IMG/VR virus record: IMGVR_UViG_3300044568_002560
DNA from: an uncultured virus (IMG/VR IMGVR_UViG_3300044568_002560)
Lineage: Duplodnaviria; Heunggongvirae; Uroviricota; Caudoviricetes; Ackermannviridae
Length of the DNA stretch: 64,000 nucleotides
Direction: 5' to 3' (one strand)
Of this stretch, positions 50,669 through 59,338 are shown piece by piece. Position numbers and translations under genes: made by a program. Under the pieces are notes generated by a model. That model was not told where the DNA came from, ran no database searches, and worked only from the letters and a program-made list of their open reading frames with translations. Each line of letters begins with the position of its first letter. Position 1 is the stretch's first letter.

Positions 50669-51525
50669 CGCGTTGTACTCCCGAATACTGGATTGGGTGA
50701 TTGATTAAGTGAGCCGAATCCCGGATTGGCTGCTTGATTGAGTGGGTTTGCTGCTCGCGCTTGCTCAATGAATTCGGGATTCAAAATGCCTTGTTGAAAA
50801 CCCACACCAAATTTGGTGCACGGATCGTTTGAAAAATTGATTGCAAAGTTGATGTTGGTGAACTGTGAAATAAAGTTAAGAGCATCGTTGAATAAGCCGT
50901 TCACAGCGTTTATGGAATCGTTTATCTCGCCTGCAATAGCATTAATTGCATTGGTGATTTTTGCTATTTCTGCTACAGCACTCTGCACTCCATTTAAAAC
51001 ATCAGCACCAGCGCCACCACCTGCAAGAATCTTGTCTAATATTTTATTGAGGTCTGCTTGTGCGTTAATAGCCACATTCAGTTTGAGTTTTCCGTTTTCA
51101 GTCATTAGACCTATACCCACACCAACATCCAGTCCATCAATACCCAAAGCACACTGAAAGTTGACAGCAGCACCCACAGCAGACACCAAAGACAGCAAAT
51201 CTGGGCCAGTTCCAGCATCGAATGGCAAACCAGACAATCGGTTTGATGTGTTTGAATAATTAGTAAGCACGCCCTGCATATTTCCGATAGTACTATACAA
51301 CTTACTCATTTGAGAAGTGTCAGCACCGGATACGCCAGATAAAATAGTTATTATATTACCTACTTTTGTGTAACCATCAGCAAACCCTCCCTGTGCATTG
51401 CTAATCTGTGATGCAACAGGGTTTTGGAAAACAGGGTTACTGCGCCCCCAAATTACAGCATTTCTCTGATCGTCAGAGACTCTTGCGCCACACGGGCATT
51501 CTGGTGTTGGGCCTACATCTGCCAT
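50665..51525 (-). CDS. Hypothetical helical baseplate-associated protein
   Basis: 286-aa ORF downstream of PAAR, amphipathic helices. Confidence 0.7.
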   Translation of the reverse strand: MADVGPTPECPCGARVSDDQRNAVIWGRSNPVFQNPVASQISNAQGGFADGYTKVGNIITILSGVSGADTSQMSKLYSTIGNMQGVLTNYSNTSNRLSGLPFDAGTGPDLLSLVSAVGAAVNFQCALGIDGLDVGVGIGLMTENGKLKLNVAINAQADLNKILDKILAGGGAGADVLNGVQSAVAEIAKITNAINAIAGEINDSINAVNGLFNDALNFISQFTNINFAINFSNDPCTKFGVGFQQGILNPEFIEQARAANPLNQAANPGFGSLNQSPNPVFGSTTR

Positions 51526-51534
51526 GCTTACCTC

Positions 51535-51798
51535 TTATGGTACAATTACTGAAGAAGTGGACGACGCAATGTGCCCACAAGTGCCTTTACTGATTCCTTC
51601 CACACAAACAGGAATACCGTCAATAATAAAATTTGAACTGCCGTTTATGATAATAGCGTTATTGTGTGGGCTATCACCGTGAGCGGATATTCTGTTGCCT
51701 TGAAGGGCTACAGGAAAACCGTCAATAAAAACTGTGGAACTTCCTCCCAAAATTAAACCTCCGGCTTTATCTATTCCTGCTCGGCATACTCTTGGCAT
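51535..51798 (-). CDS. PAAR-like spike tip protein (gp5.4)
   Basis: GSSTVFIDGFPVA, H...H, TCGH; follows gp5. Confidence 0.9.
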   Translation of the reverse strand: MPRVCRAGIDKAGGLILGGSSTVFIDGFPVALQGNRISAHGDSPHNNAIIINGSSNFIIDGIPVCVEGISKGTCGHIASSTSSVIVP

Positions 51799-51807
51799 GA
51801 CCCCTCC

Positions 51808-52911
51808 TTATTGAACATTTACCTTGGACGGACGAACCGTTGGGCTACCTGAATTCATTTCAATCCTTCCGCCTTGTGTCACCACCATGACACCAGCATC
51901 GCTGATGAACGACACCGATCTTCCAGAGAAACCCATATTACCCGCAGAAAAGAACTCCATTTGTTTAGCCGATGCCTTGAAGTCACCCTCGCATTGCAGA
52001 TTCACATTGTTCTTGGCAAGAATGTTTACATCTCCGTTTATTTGAATGTTTGATGCGGCTCCAACGGTAAGATTTACACCTCCATCCACAACTAAGTCCA
52101 ATCCACCGCTTCCAGCCACATACACCTTTTTGTCACCAAGACAAATCTCGTACCCGTTACCAACAATTTTCTCAACCTTTGTGCCGTTAGGATCTCCACT
52201 CACTCTCCATCCGTTTCCAACCTCCACAAACGATCCTGACTTGTGGTATTGGTGGATACGCTCTGCGCCCGGTGTATCATCAAACTCTTGAATATGACCA
52301 CTCTCTGTGTACCGCACATGATTTTTGGGATACACCGCAGCATACGGGGTCTGTGGTTCGTTCCAATTGCTCTTGCTCTTCATGTCAGGCACGGTGGGAA
52401 TGCCTTTTTTGAGTTCAACCACCTTTTTGGCGTAAACTGTAGACTCCATTTGTGCGGTGTCTTCGTTTCTTGCCAAGCGGTTAGTGTCTGGTTCTTCCAC
52501 AACCGAAACACCAACAGGATACAGTCTTGCGTCTACTCCTTCAGGAGTGGCAGGGTAGCGGTTAGATTGGTCGTAAAACCCTTGTGGCTTTACAGGGTTC
52601 TGTTTAGGTATGCCACCAAACGAGCCAATAATGACCGGATCTTGCCCGTCTTCATCGTCTCTGAAAAAACCAAACACATGGGAACCAACCAACAGCCCTG
52701 TGGGAGAGGTTCCAATTCCTGAAAGGGCAGCACTGGTGATTGGCTGCATGGGATACGCCCACGGCAGATCGCTTGTTGGAAGTTGCAGCAAATCATCGGT
52801 GTGGTATCCAAACACACGAACGCGACAACGCCCAAGCATCATGGGATCGGCAACATCTTCCACCACTCCGTGCCACCAATAAAAGCCTTCTCGTCCTGCA
52901 AATTCTTTCAT
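51808..52911 (-). CDS. 5: Baseplate hub/spike gp5, no lysozyme domain
   Basis: GVVEDVADP..LGRCRVR, LPWA, YPKNHV..TESGH..EFDDTPG.ERI. Confidence 0.93.
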   Translation of the reverse strand: MKEFAGREGFYWWHGVVEDVADPMMLGRCRVRVFGYHTDDLLQLPTSDLPWAYPMQPITSAALSGIGTSPTGLLVGSHVFGFFRDDEDGQDPVIIGSFGGIPKQNPVKPQGFYDQSNRYPATPEGVDARLYPVGVSVVEEPDTNRLARNEDTAQMESTVYAKKVVELKKGIPTVPDMKSKSNWNEPQTPYAAVYPKNHVRYTESGHIQEFDDTPGAERIHQYHKSGSFVEVGNGWRVSGDPNGTKVEKIVGNGYEICLGDKKVYVAGSGGLDLVVDGGVNLTVGAASNIQINGDVNILAKNNVNLQCEGDFKASAKQMEFFSAGNMGFSGRSVSFISDAGVMVVTQGGRIEMNSGSPTVRPSKVNVQ

Positions 52912-52912
52912 T

Positions 52913-54256
52913 TCAAACTCCCATACCGTTTCGGGACAGTTCTAGTGTGCAACTGTATTTTTTGCCTATCTTGTGACAGATAGAAGTAATCATGTACTCG
53001 CCACTCAAATTTTTGTCGTCCTTTTCGTCTTGCAAATGCCCGTCAGCAGCAATCTTGGGAACAAAAATTTCCATGAGTTGACCCACACGCTTGGTGCTGT
53101 CTCCGTAAATCTGAACGGTGAGTTTTTGGGTCATCATGGTGTTTACCATATACTTGCGCTTCAAGAAATACTCTTCAAACCGAACATTGTCTACTATATT
53201 GTTCTTTTTGGAGTACACCGTCAGCGGGGTGTACGGCAAGTAAAAATATGCAGAGGTGCTCTTTTGGAACAGTTCATTGGACTCTTGGTCTTGTGATGAA
53301 ATGTAGTGGGGATTCTTACCCATCTTCTTCATACCGTCAAACACATCACGCTCTTTGAAAGTGTAGTCCCGCTTTTCTTTGCGAACCATGTCGTGAACAG
53401 TCATCTTGGACGCAATAATTCCTGAACCAATGTTTTCAACCATGTCAAACCGCGACTCTTCTTGAAGCGACTGTATGCGGTTGTATAGGGCAGGAAATTT
53501 AGAAACGCCCTTGACCTTTATGCCGCTGCCTTCGTTGGTTTCAGGATTCCTGTTCACATTACTCTTCACGAAATAGTAAATGTCTTTCAACTGCTGACCG
53601 TCTTCTATTATCTTGGATAGACTCTGAAAGCGGTATCCGTCCATAGTTTCGTAGAAGAAGTACGGAGAGTAATCGGTATCAACTCCGCTAACCGCTCGTC
53701 TAGCCAAAAATGACAGGGCTTTAAATGGCGTGTACTGTGCAGGCAGGACATACGAAAAATTGTCACTAGTGGGCTGCACAACCAGCGAAGACTTCCAAAG
53801 GTACTCGGGAAAGTGCTTTTTGAACACTTCAGCAACCATGTTTGAAACTTTACCCTTGACAGAATACCCACACCGCTCGGTGTAGTTGAAGTATCCGCCT
53901 TCACTCATAAGGTGCAGCACATACTCCTGCCCACGACCGTTTTCGTCAATGGTTTGGCGATCAATCTTGTACACCTTGAAAATCTTCTTTACAGGATCAA
54001 CACCGGGCACATCTGATGAAAACTCTAATTCTAGCGTTTCTTGCCCACGAATAGGAAGAACTTCAGGAATATTGAGCGAGTCAATCATGTACACCTTTGC
54101 TGTCATGTACGGAGAAAACATGTCTTCGTAAATTTCAAACGAAGTGTACAGGGCGCGGATATCCAAGAACTCGTCTTTGATACCAGACCGCAAAACCATT
54201 TTGGTGATCTTGTAGTCTCCAGCCTTTGTAATATCACTACCATGAGTATTAGGCAC
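52913..54256 (-). CDS. Baseplate hub protein (gp27-like)
   Basis: IYEDMFSP, FFYET..GYRF, LSGEYMITSICH; upstream of gp5. Confidence 0.7.
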   Translation of the reverse strand: MPNTHGSDITKAGDYKITKMVLRSGIKDEFLDIRALYTSFEIYEDMFSPYMTAKVYMIDSLNIPEVLPIRGQETLELEFSSDVPGVDPVKKIFKVYKIDRQTIDENGRGQEYVLHLMSEGGYFNYTERCGYSVKGKVSNMVAEVFKKHFPEYLWKSSLVVQPTSDNFSYVLPAQYTPFKALSFLARRAVSGVDTDYSPYFFYETMDGYRFQSLSKIIEDGQQLKDIYYFVKSNVNRNPETNEGSGIKVKGVSKFPALYNRIQSLQEESRFDMVENIGSGIIASKMTVHDMVRKEKRDYTFKERDVFDGMKKMGKNPHYISSQDQESNELFQKSTSAYFYLPYTPLTVYSKKNNIVDNVRFEEYFLKRKYMVNTMMTQKLTVQIYGDSTKRVGQLMEIFVPKIAADGHLQDEKDDKNLSGEYMITSICHKIGKKYSCTLELSRNGMGV

Positions 54257-54259
54257 TGA

Positions 54260-55162
54260 TTAGACTCCTAGAGCATTCTTTAGTTCTTTGATTGCCTGTT
54301 CCATGTACGCAGGGGCAAGCACCTTGATGGTTCGTTTACTTTCGTTTTCATCGTTTTCGTACACATAGTTGCTAACTGCGTATGTGTTGATTTCGTCTCC
54401 TGAAACCCCCATATAACCACCAATATAGGTTTCCCAAAACGCAACAGTTGCGCCTGTCGCTCCACCACTAATCCCTGATGGTGGAATCTGTGTTCCCACA
54501 ACGGTTCCCAAATCCTCGTAGTCAGCCGATTGTTTGTTTAGAGGATCAACAAACGGATTCTCTTGTGAACCGTTTGATCCGTCTCCGGTGGTTGGTCTTG
54601 CCACAGCGAAATGGTGAAGCCCCTGATACGACGGCAAAACCTTCTGAATATAGATTCCTGTGGTGGAACCGCTAGGCAATTGAACCTCTGCGTTTCCAAC
54701 CGTGAAAACAGGAGAACCCACAGTAAACTCACAGAAAGTTTCACGATAGCCTGTAATGGCTTGGCTGTTGCTGTTTTGACTCAAAGTGCAACCACTTGCA
54801 AACGCGGTGTTGTACACAAAATCGTATGTTGCGCCTCTACCACTAAAATAAACAGCAGTACCCGAATACTTCTTCTGAATGTACTGCTCCATTGCCATCT
54901 GCGATTTGTACCACCCGTGATACGGATCAATAATATTGTTTGCCAGCAAAACAATCCAATGGTGATTTGCGTTTCCATACAGGCGATTGGCTATATGTTC
55001 AGGGCGTTCTCCGTCCTTGATATCGTACTCAATAAATGCGGATTGGCTGTTGATACGATCCGAGAACGCAACACGCCGCAGCACATTTCGTGCAACCGCA
55101 TACGATCTGGTATCCCCAATATAGAAAGGATATGGAACTACTGGAAATTCTTTGAAGTACAT
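54260..55162 (-). CDS. 53: Baseplate wedge gp53
   Basis: MYFKEFP, GERPEHIA..LYG...HWIVLLAN, YENDENESKRTIK. Confidence 0.9.
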   Translation of the reverse strand: MYFKEFPVVPYPFYIGDTRSYAVARNVLRRVAFSDRINSQSAFIEYDIKDGERPEHIANRLYGNANHHWIVLLANNIIDPYHGWYKSQMAMEQYIQKKYSGTAVYFSGRGATYDFVYNTAFASGCTLSQNSNSQAITGYRETFCEFTVGSPVFTVGNAEVQLPSGSTTGIYIQKVLPSYQGLHHFAVARPTTGDGSNGSQENPFVDPLNKQSADYEDLGTVVGTQIPPSGISGGATGATVAFWETYIGGYMGVSGDEINTYAVSNYVYENDENESKRTIKVLAPAYMEQAIKELKNALGV

Positions 55163-56616
55163 TAGTAGCCAACCTCCACATCCTGACGGGTGAGTTGAGC
55201 AATTTCAGAGAACGAGAGAGTAAGCACATAACCTGTGGGCGAGTTATCTGGCAGTGTGCTAAACACACCGTTTGGTGTGTAATCAACGCCGATGCCTGTT
55301 AGCACACACCTAGAAATCTTGGGAATGTATTCGTTTTCCACGAATCCGTTTTCTCCGCGTGTTCCGCTTGCAGACAAGAACTTGATTGTGAATTCGGCAG
55401 GAACGCGAAGCATGATTTGAGGATCTAGTTCGTTTCCGCCTTCGCTTGTTCGGGATGGATGTGAATGGTATCGGAAAGTGTCTATGATATTCTTGATGGT
55501 GTTTACTTCGTCTTGGTTGCGGGGATACAGTTCCCACGAAAAACTAAAATTACGAATTTCTTTTTGGCTGAACATTTTTTCTATTCGGGGATTCAGCACC
55601 AATCCAGTAACAGCAGGAACCACACCAGCCAACGGTGTTCCGTTTGCAGAATTAGTGGCAGCAGCAACGGCTGCTAGTTTTGCACCTTCTATTAATTTAT
55701 CTCCTAAAGATGCGCTGCTAAACAGAGAATTGAAGGCAGCAGCAGCACCAGTTGCAATTGCCATGTTTGCATCGGTGTAACTAAACGCATCTTCTCCGTT
55801 TATACGAGTACAAACAGGAAGATAAATGGAAACCATTTGATCGTATTGTGGATCGCGCTGTTGTAATCCTGCCATAGCCAAAAAAGAATTTACTGCTCCT
55901 AGAGCACCACCAGACAACTGTTTGTTGAATCGGTTTCCCAAGAAATCAGGATCTTTGCTGATTTCAGTTGCACCCAATCGTGCTTCTTTGGAATTTCCAA
56001 AGTCTTGTTGAATACTTTCAACCCGATCAGTTGCACTACGCACATTACGCTCCATCTGTCGGCGTGCTTCTTCGCGGGTTTCTGGATTGGAAAGCATATC
56101 CGTTAGTGTATTATCATTTGACGGATTTGACGGATTCGCAAAAGCCGGATCCATTAGCAATTTGTGTGCGTTCGCATATTCGTTTGTAGAAATCAATCCA
56201 CCCTGCTGTGACAATGACGCAACATTAAAGTTTCCGTCGTTCACTAGATTGGTAGCATCAACCAACTCGTTAATAGTGTTCTCTGATTCTGCTTTAAGTT
56301 TTTCGGCTGCTTGTCTGAATTCAGGGTTTTCCCATCTCCAAAATGCCTTGAACTGCATGACATGGGGAATTTCTCCACGCCCCATATCAACAGGATATTT
56401 CATAATTAGAGGCTTTTCCCGTGAACCACGCTTGGACGGCTGAAATGACTCTAGTTTATTGATTGTTGGATCATTACCTTGCGAAGCCACCAATTCATCA
56501 CGAATGATATTTCCACTCTGCGGGCGGTTTGTTGCAAATGTGTAATCGGATTCCAATGCCTCTTGTGGCTTTATGAGGGAGCCGATTCCTTGACCAGTGA
56601 TAGGTGGTAATGCCAT
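55162..56616 (-). CDS. 48: Baseplate tail tube cap gp48, with large insertion
   Basis: LNPRIEKMF, RNFSFSWELYPRN, CVLTGIGVDYTP, LSFSE. Confidence 0.85.
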   Translation of the reverse strand: MALPPITGQGIGSLIKPQEALESDYTFATNRPQSGNIIRDELVASQGNDPTINKLESFQPSKRGSREKPLIMKYPVDMGRGEIPHVMQFKAFWRWENPEFRQAAEKLKAESENTINELVDATNLVNDGNFNVASLSQQGGLISTNEYANAHKLLMDPAFANPSNPSNDNTLTDMLSNPETREEARRQMERNVRSATDRVESIQQDFGNSKEARLGATEISKDPDFLGNRFNKQLSGGALGAVNSFLAMAGLQQRDPQYDQMVSIYLPVCTRINGEDAFSYTDANMAIATGAAAAFNSLFSSASLGDKLIEGAKLAAVAAATNSANGTPLAGVVPAVTGLVLNPRIEKMFSQKEIRNFSFSWELYPRNQDEVNTIKNIIDTFRYHSHPSRTSEGGNELDPQIMLRVPAEFTIKFLSASGTRGENGFVENEYIPKISRCVLTGIGVDYTPNGVFSTLPDNSPTGYVLTLSFSEIAQLTRQDVEVGY

Positions 56617-56653
56617 TTAAGTATTTCCTCTTGGGTCTGTTCTACATATCTAT

Positions 56654-57097
56654 ATGCCCTACAAAGGATATTTTAAGCCAACCAACCCGTCCAAGTACAT
56701 GGGCAACCCCACTCAAATCGTGTATCGCTCCATGTGGGAACGCCGATTTATGAAATACTGCGACTTGAGCGAAACTGTGGTGCGTTGGGGGTCAGAAGAA
56801 GTGATCATACCGTACATCAGCCCACTAGATCGCAAACCACACCGCTACTTTGTGGATTTCATAGTAGAGATGAAAACTGTAGACGGTGGAATCAAGACTA
56901 TGCTGATTGAGGTAAAACCCAAAAAGCAGTGTTCTGAACCCAAGAAACCAAAAAAGCAGTCACGAAACTACCTGTACGAAGCCCAAACTTGGATCACCAA
57001 CTGTGCCAAATGGAAAGCCGCCAAAGAAGCAGCGACTAATCGTGGGTGGGAATTCAAAGTACTCACAGAAGACGACTTGTTCCGACACAAGAAATGA
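56654..57097 (+). CDS. 4: Head completion nuclease gp4
   Basis: YKG.FKP.NP.KY, YRSMWE, HRYFVDF, IEVKP. Confidence 0.93.
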   Translation: MPYKGYFKPTNPSKYMGNPTQIVYRSMWERRFMKYCDLSETVVRWGSEEVIIPYISPLDRKPHRYFVDFIVEMKTVDGGIKTMLIEVKPKKQCSEPKKPKKQSRNYLYEAQTWITNCAKWKAAKEAATNRGWEFKVLTEDDLFRHKK

Positions 57098-57696
57098 CCA
57101 ACCAAAACACAAAACAATCAGCAGAACTAAAAGAACTGCTATCAGAGACGGTGGCAGGGCTTGGTGGCACAGACCAGTCGTACATAAAACTGCTGCACTA
57201 TTTGGCAGACGAGAACGAACTACACATGCCGTCTCGGTTTCTGCCGGGTCAAATGGTGTTTTTCAAATATAAACCACAAGACCAACGGTTCTTGAATTCA
57301 AATGTGGCATACGATGTGTTTCCTTTGGTAATCATCACAGAAGTTCACCGTGACGGCTTTGAAGGCATCAACCTACACTTTATTGCTCAAAAGTGGAGAA
57401 AGCAACTGTTCAACGCCATAGAAAAGTCGCTGCCAGTACGACACAACGGCGACGAATCGCTGACTAGGTTGGGTACAACATACCGCAGAATACAAGGCCC
57501 AAAGAAATTCAAGTTTTTCAAGCCGTGCTACCGACGCTATGTAAGAGAGGGATTTCGTAAAAAACCCATACAAATTCCTTCACAATTTTGGGATGTGCTA
57601 GTGGATATTGATCTAGCCCTGTTTGTGAAAGGACGCAAAATGGGTATTCGTCGTATGTCGTACAACTCTGCTATCAACACCGAGAACAACCTATGA
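57094..57696 (+). CDS. 2: DNA end protector gp2
   Basis: PGQMVFFKY, YDVFPLV, GINLHF, KPCYRRY; start at the ATGA overlap. Confidence 0.8.
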   Translation: MTNQNTKQSAELKELLSETVAGLGGTDQSYIKLLHYLADENELHMPSRFLPGQMVFFKYKPQDQRFLNSNVAYDVFPLVIITEVHRDGFEGINLHFIAQKWRKQLFNAIEKSLPVRHNGDESLTRLGTTYRRIQGPKKFKFFKPCYRRYVREGFRKKPIQIPSQFWDVLVDIDLALFVKGRKMGIRRMSYNSAINTENNL

Positions 57697-58403
57697 CACA
57701 GTTTCAAGGCTCATCCAAAGTAGAAAACATAGTATCCAACATTATGGATAATGGGTTCTTGACCACTAATCGCTATGTGGCAGAAATTCAACTACCAAAG
57801 GCTATGGCAGACGAAGGTGCAAGCATACCAAACCTGATGATACGCTGCCAAAATGTAACCATTCCCGGCAGAAATGTGTCAACCGTTGGATACAGAATCT
57901 ACGGACCTGCTCGTCAGATGCCGTATGAAATCCTGTACGGTGGAGAAATTACCTTGACCTACATCATGTCACGAGACATGAGAGAGCGTGGCTTTTTTGA
58001 AAAATGGATGAGCAAAGTAGTAGACAACAACAACTACAAGGTGGGGTACTACGATGATTTTGCAGGAACGCTAGCCATCCATGTATTGGATCGCAGCGAC
58101 CAGTTGTCGTATATCTCACTGGTTGAAGAAACCTATCCAAAAATGATTGGCGATTTGAGTTTTGCAAACGACCGAGAAAACGAGTACCTGACTCAAGAAA
58201 TCACCTTTGCGTTCAGAAAGTACACCTCACAATTCTTTGTTCCGCAATTCCCAGAATACAACGGTGGAGAACTCCCCAAGGGCAACATTCCCAAGAACAA
58301 CGGAAACGGGTTGGGAATTGCTTCGTTCTTTACCGGTGTACGCGAAGGCGCGAACAATCTGTTTACGGGTATTGGCAATGCAATAACAGGAAACCAAGGA
58401 TAA
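57693..58403 (+). CDS. 54: Tail tube initiator gp54-like
   Basis: CQNVTIPGR, FFEKWM, YYDDF, ETYPK. Confidence 0.75.
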   Translation: MTQFQGSSKVENIVSNIMDNGFLTTNRYVAEIQLPKAMADEGASIPNLMIRCQNVTIPGRNVSTVGYRIYGPARQMPYEILYGGEITLTYIMSRDMRERGFFEKWMSKVVDNNNYKVGYYDDFAGTLAIHVLDRSDQLSYISLVEETYPKMIGDLSFANDRENEYLTQEITFAFRKYTSQFFVPQFPEYNGGELPKGNIPKNNGNGLGIASFFTGVREGANNLFTGIGNAITGNQG

Positions 58404-58444
58404 ATACCTTACTATCTGATCTGTATACTTGAAAAGGAAATACT

Positions 58445-59152
58445 ATGGAAAAACTTCGTCTTGCTCCGTCTACAGTACCCACCTATACCATGACTTTACC
58501 TGTCACAAAAATGGTTGTAAAGTACCGACCGTTTTTGGTGAAAGAAGAAAAGGTGTTGCTGATTGCTCTACAGAGCGGAAATCCAAATATCGTGATAGAC
58601 GCTGTGCGAAACATGATTCTTGCGTGCACCGAGAATCGCCTAGACACCAAGAAGATTCCAGCATCAGATGCCAACTACGCCATGTTGCAGATTCGCGCAA
58701 AATCCATAGGCGAAGAACTAAAGCCAACGGTAAAGTGCTCGTTCTGCGAGGGCAAGACCCCTATCAAAATCAATATTGATCGTATTCAGACCAAAGTAAA
58801 GGCTGAAGAAAAGTCACCCAACATAAAGATCAACGACGATGTTACGCTTATAATGCGGTATCCAACCATTCACGATTTGGATGTAACCAAAGACCAGACC
58901 ACCATGCTGTTTGAGATGGCGTACTCGTGCGTGGACAAGGTAATGTACAAAGACGAAGTGTACGAGCGTGGTGCAATAAAGGAAGAAGATGTGACCCTGT
59001 TTATTGAACACCTTCTACCCGATCAGTTCAAAGAAATTACCGAATATTTGGAATCTGCACCCTCTGTGGAGTACGAGTTCTCGTTTCCGTGCCCAAACTG
59101 CAAGAACAAAGTATCGGTACTTTTGGAGAATTTAACTGATTTTTTTCTCTAA
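58445..59152 (+). CDS. 26: Baseplate hub protein gp26
   Basis: YRPFLVKEEK, IRAKSIGE, MRYP, CPNC, DFF. Confidence 0.9.
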   Translation: MEKLRLAPSTVPTYTMTLPVTKMVVKYRPFLVKEEKVLLIALQSGNPNIVIDAVRNMILACTENRLDTKKIPASDANYAMLQIRAKSIGEELKPTVKCSFCEGKTPIKINIDRIQTKVKAEEKSPNIKINDDVTLIMRYPTIHDLDVTKDQTTMLFEMAYSCVDKVMYKDEVYERGAIKEEDVTLFIEHLLPDQFKEITEYLESAPSVEYEFSFPCPNCKNKVSVLLENLTDFFL

Positions 59153-59328
59153 TGCTGACACACAGTGATCTGTCAGCGTTTTACCGAACCAATTTTTCAT
59201 TAATGCAGCACCACAAGTACTCTTTGGAAGAGTTGGAGTCACTAATTCCTTGGGAGCGTGAGGTATACATAAATTTGCTGATATCTTATTTGAAAGAAGA
59301 AAAAGAGAAAGCAAAAAATAGAAAGTAA
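59152..59328 (+). CDS. 51: Baseplate hub assembly protein gp51 (58 aa)
   Basis: Manual ORF: YRTNFSLMQHHKYSLEELESLIPWEREVY. Confidence 0.9.
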   Translation: MLTHSDLSAFYRTNFSLMQHHKYSLEELESLIPWEREVYINLLISYLKEEKEKAKNRK

Positions 59329-59338
59329 CCAATAGCGC

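Noticed and set aside
1222..56443. Many plus-strand ORFs of 60-200 aa in the ORF track
   Set aside because: They are antisense shadows of well-supported minus-strand genes and have no recognisable motifs.
56654..57097. TnsA-like nuclease suggesting a transposon
   Set aside because: Sequence and synteny match head completion protein gp4; no transposase or terminal repeats are present.
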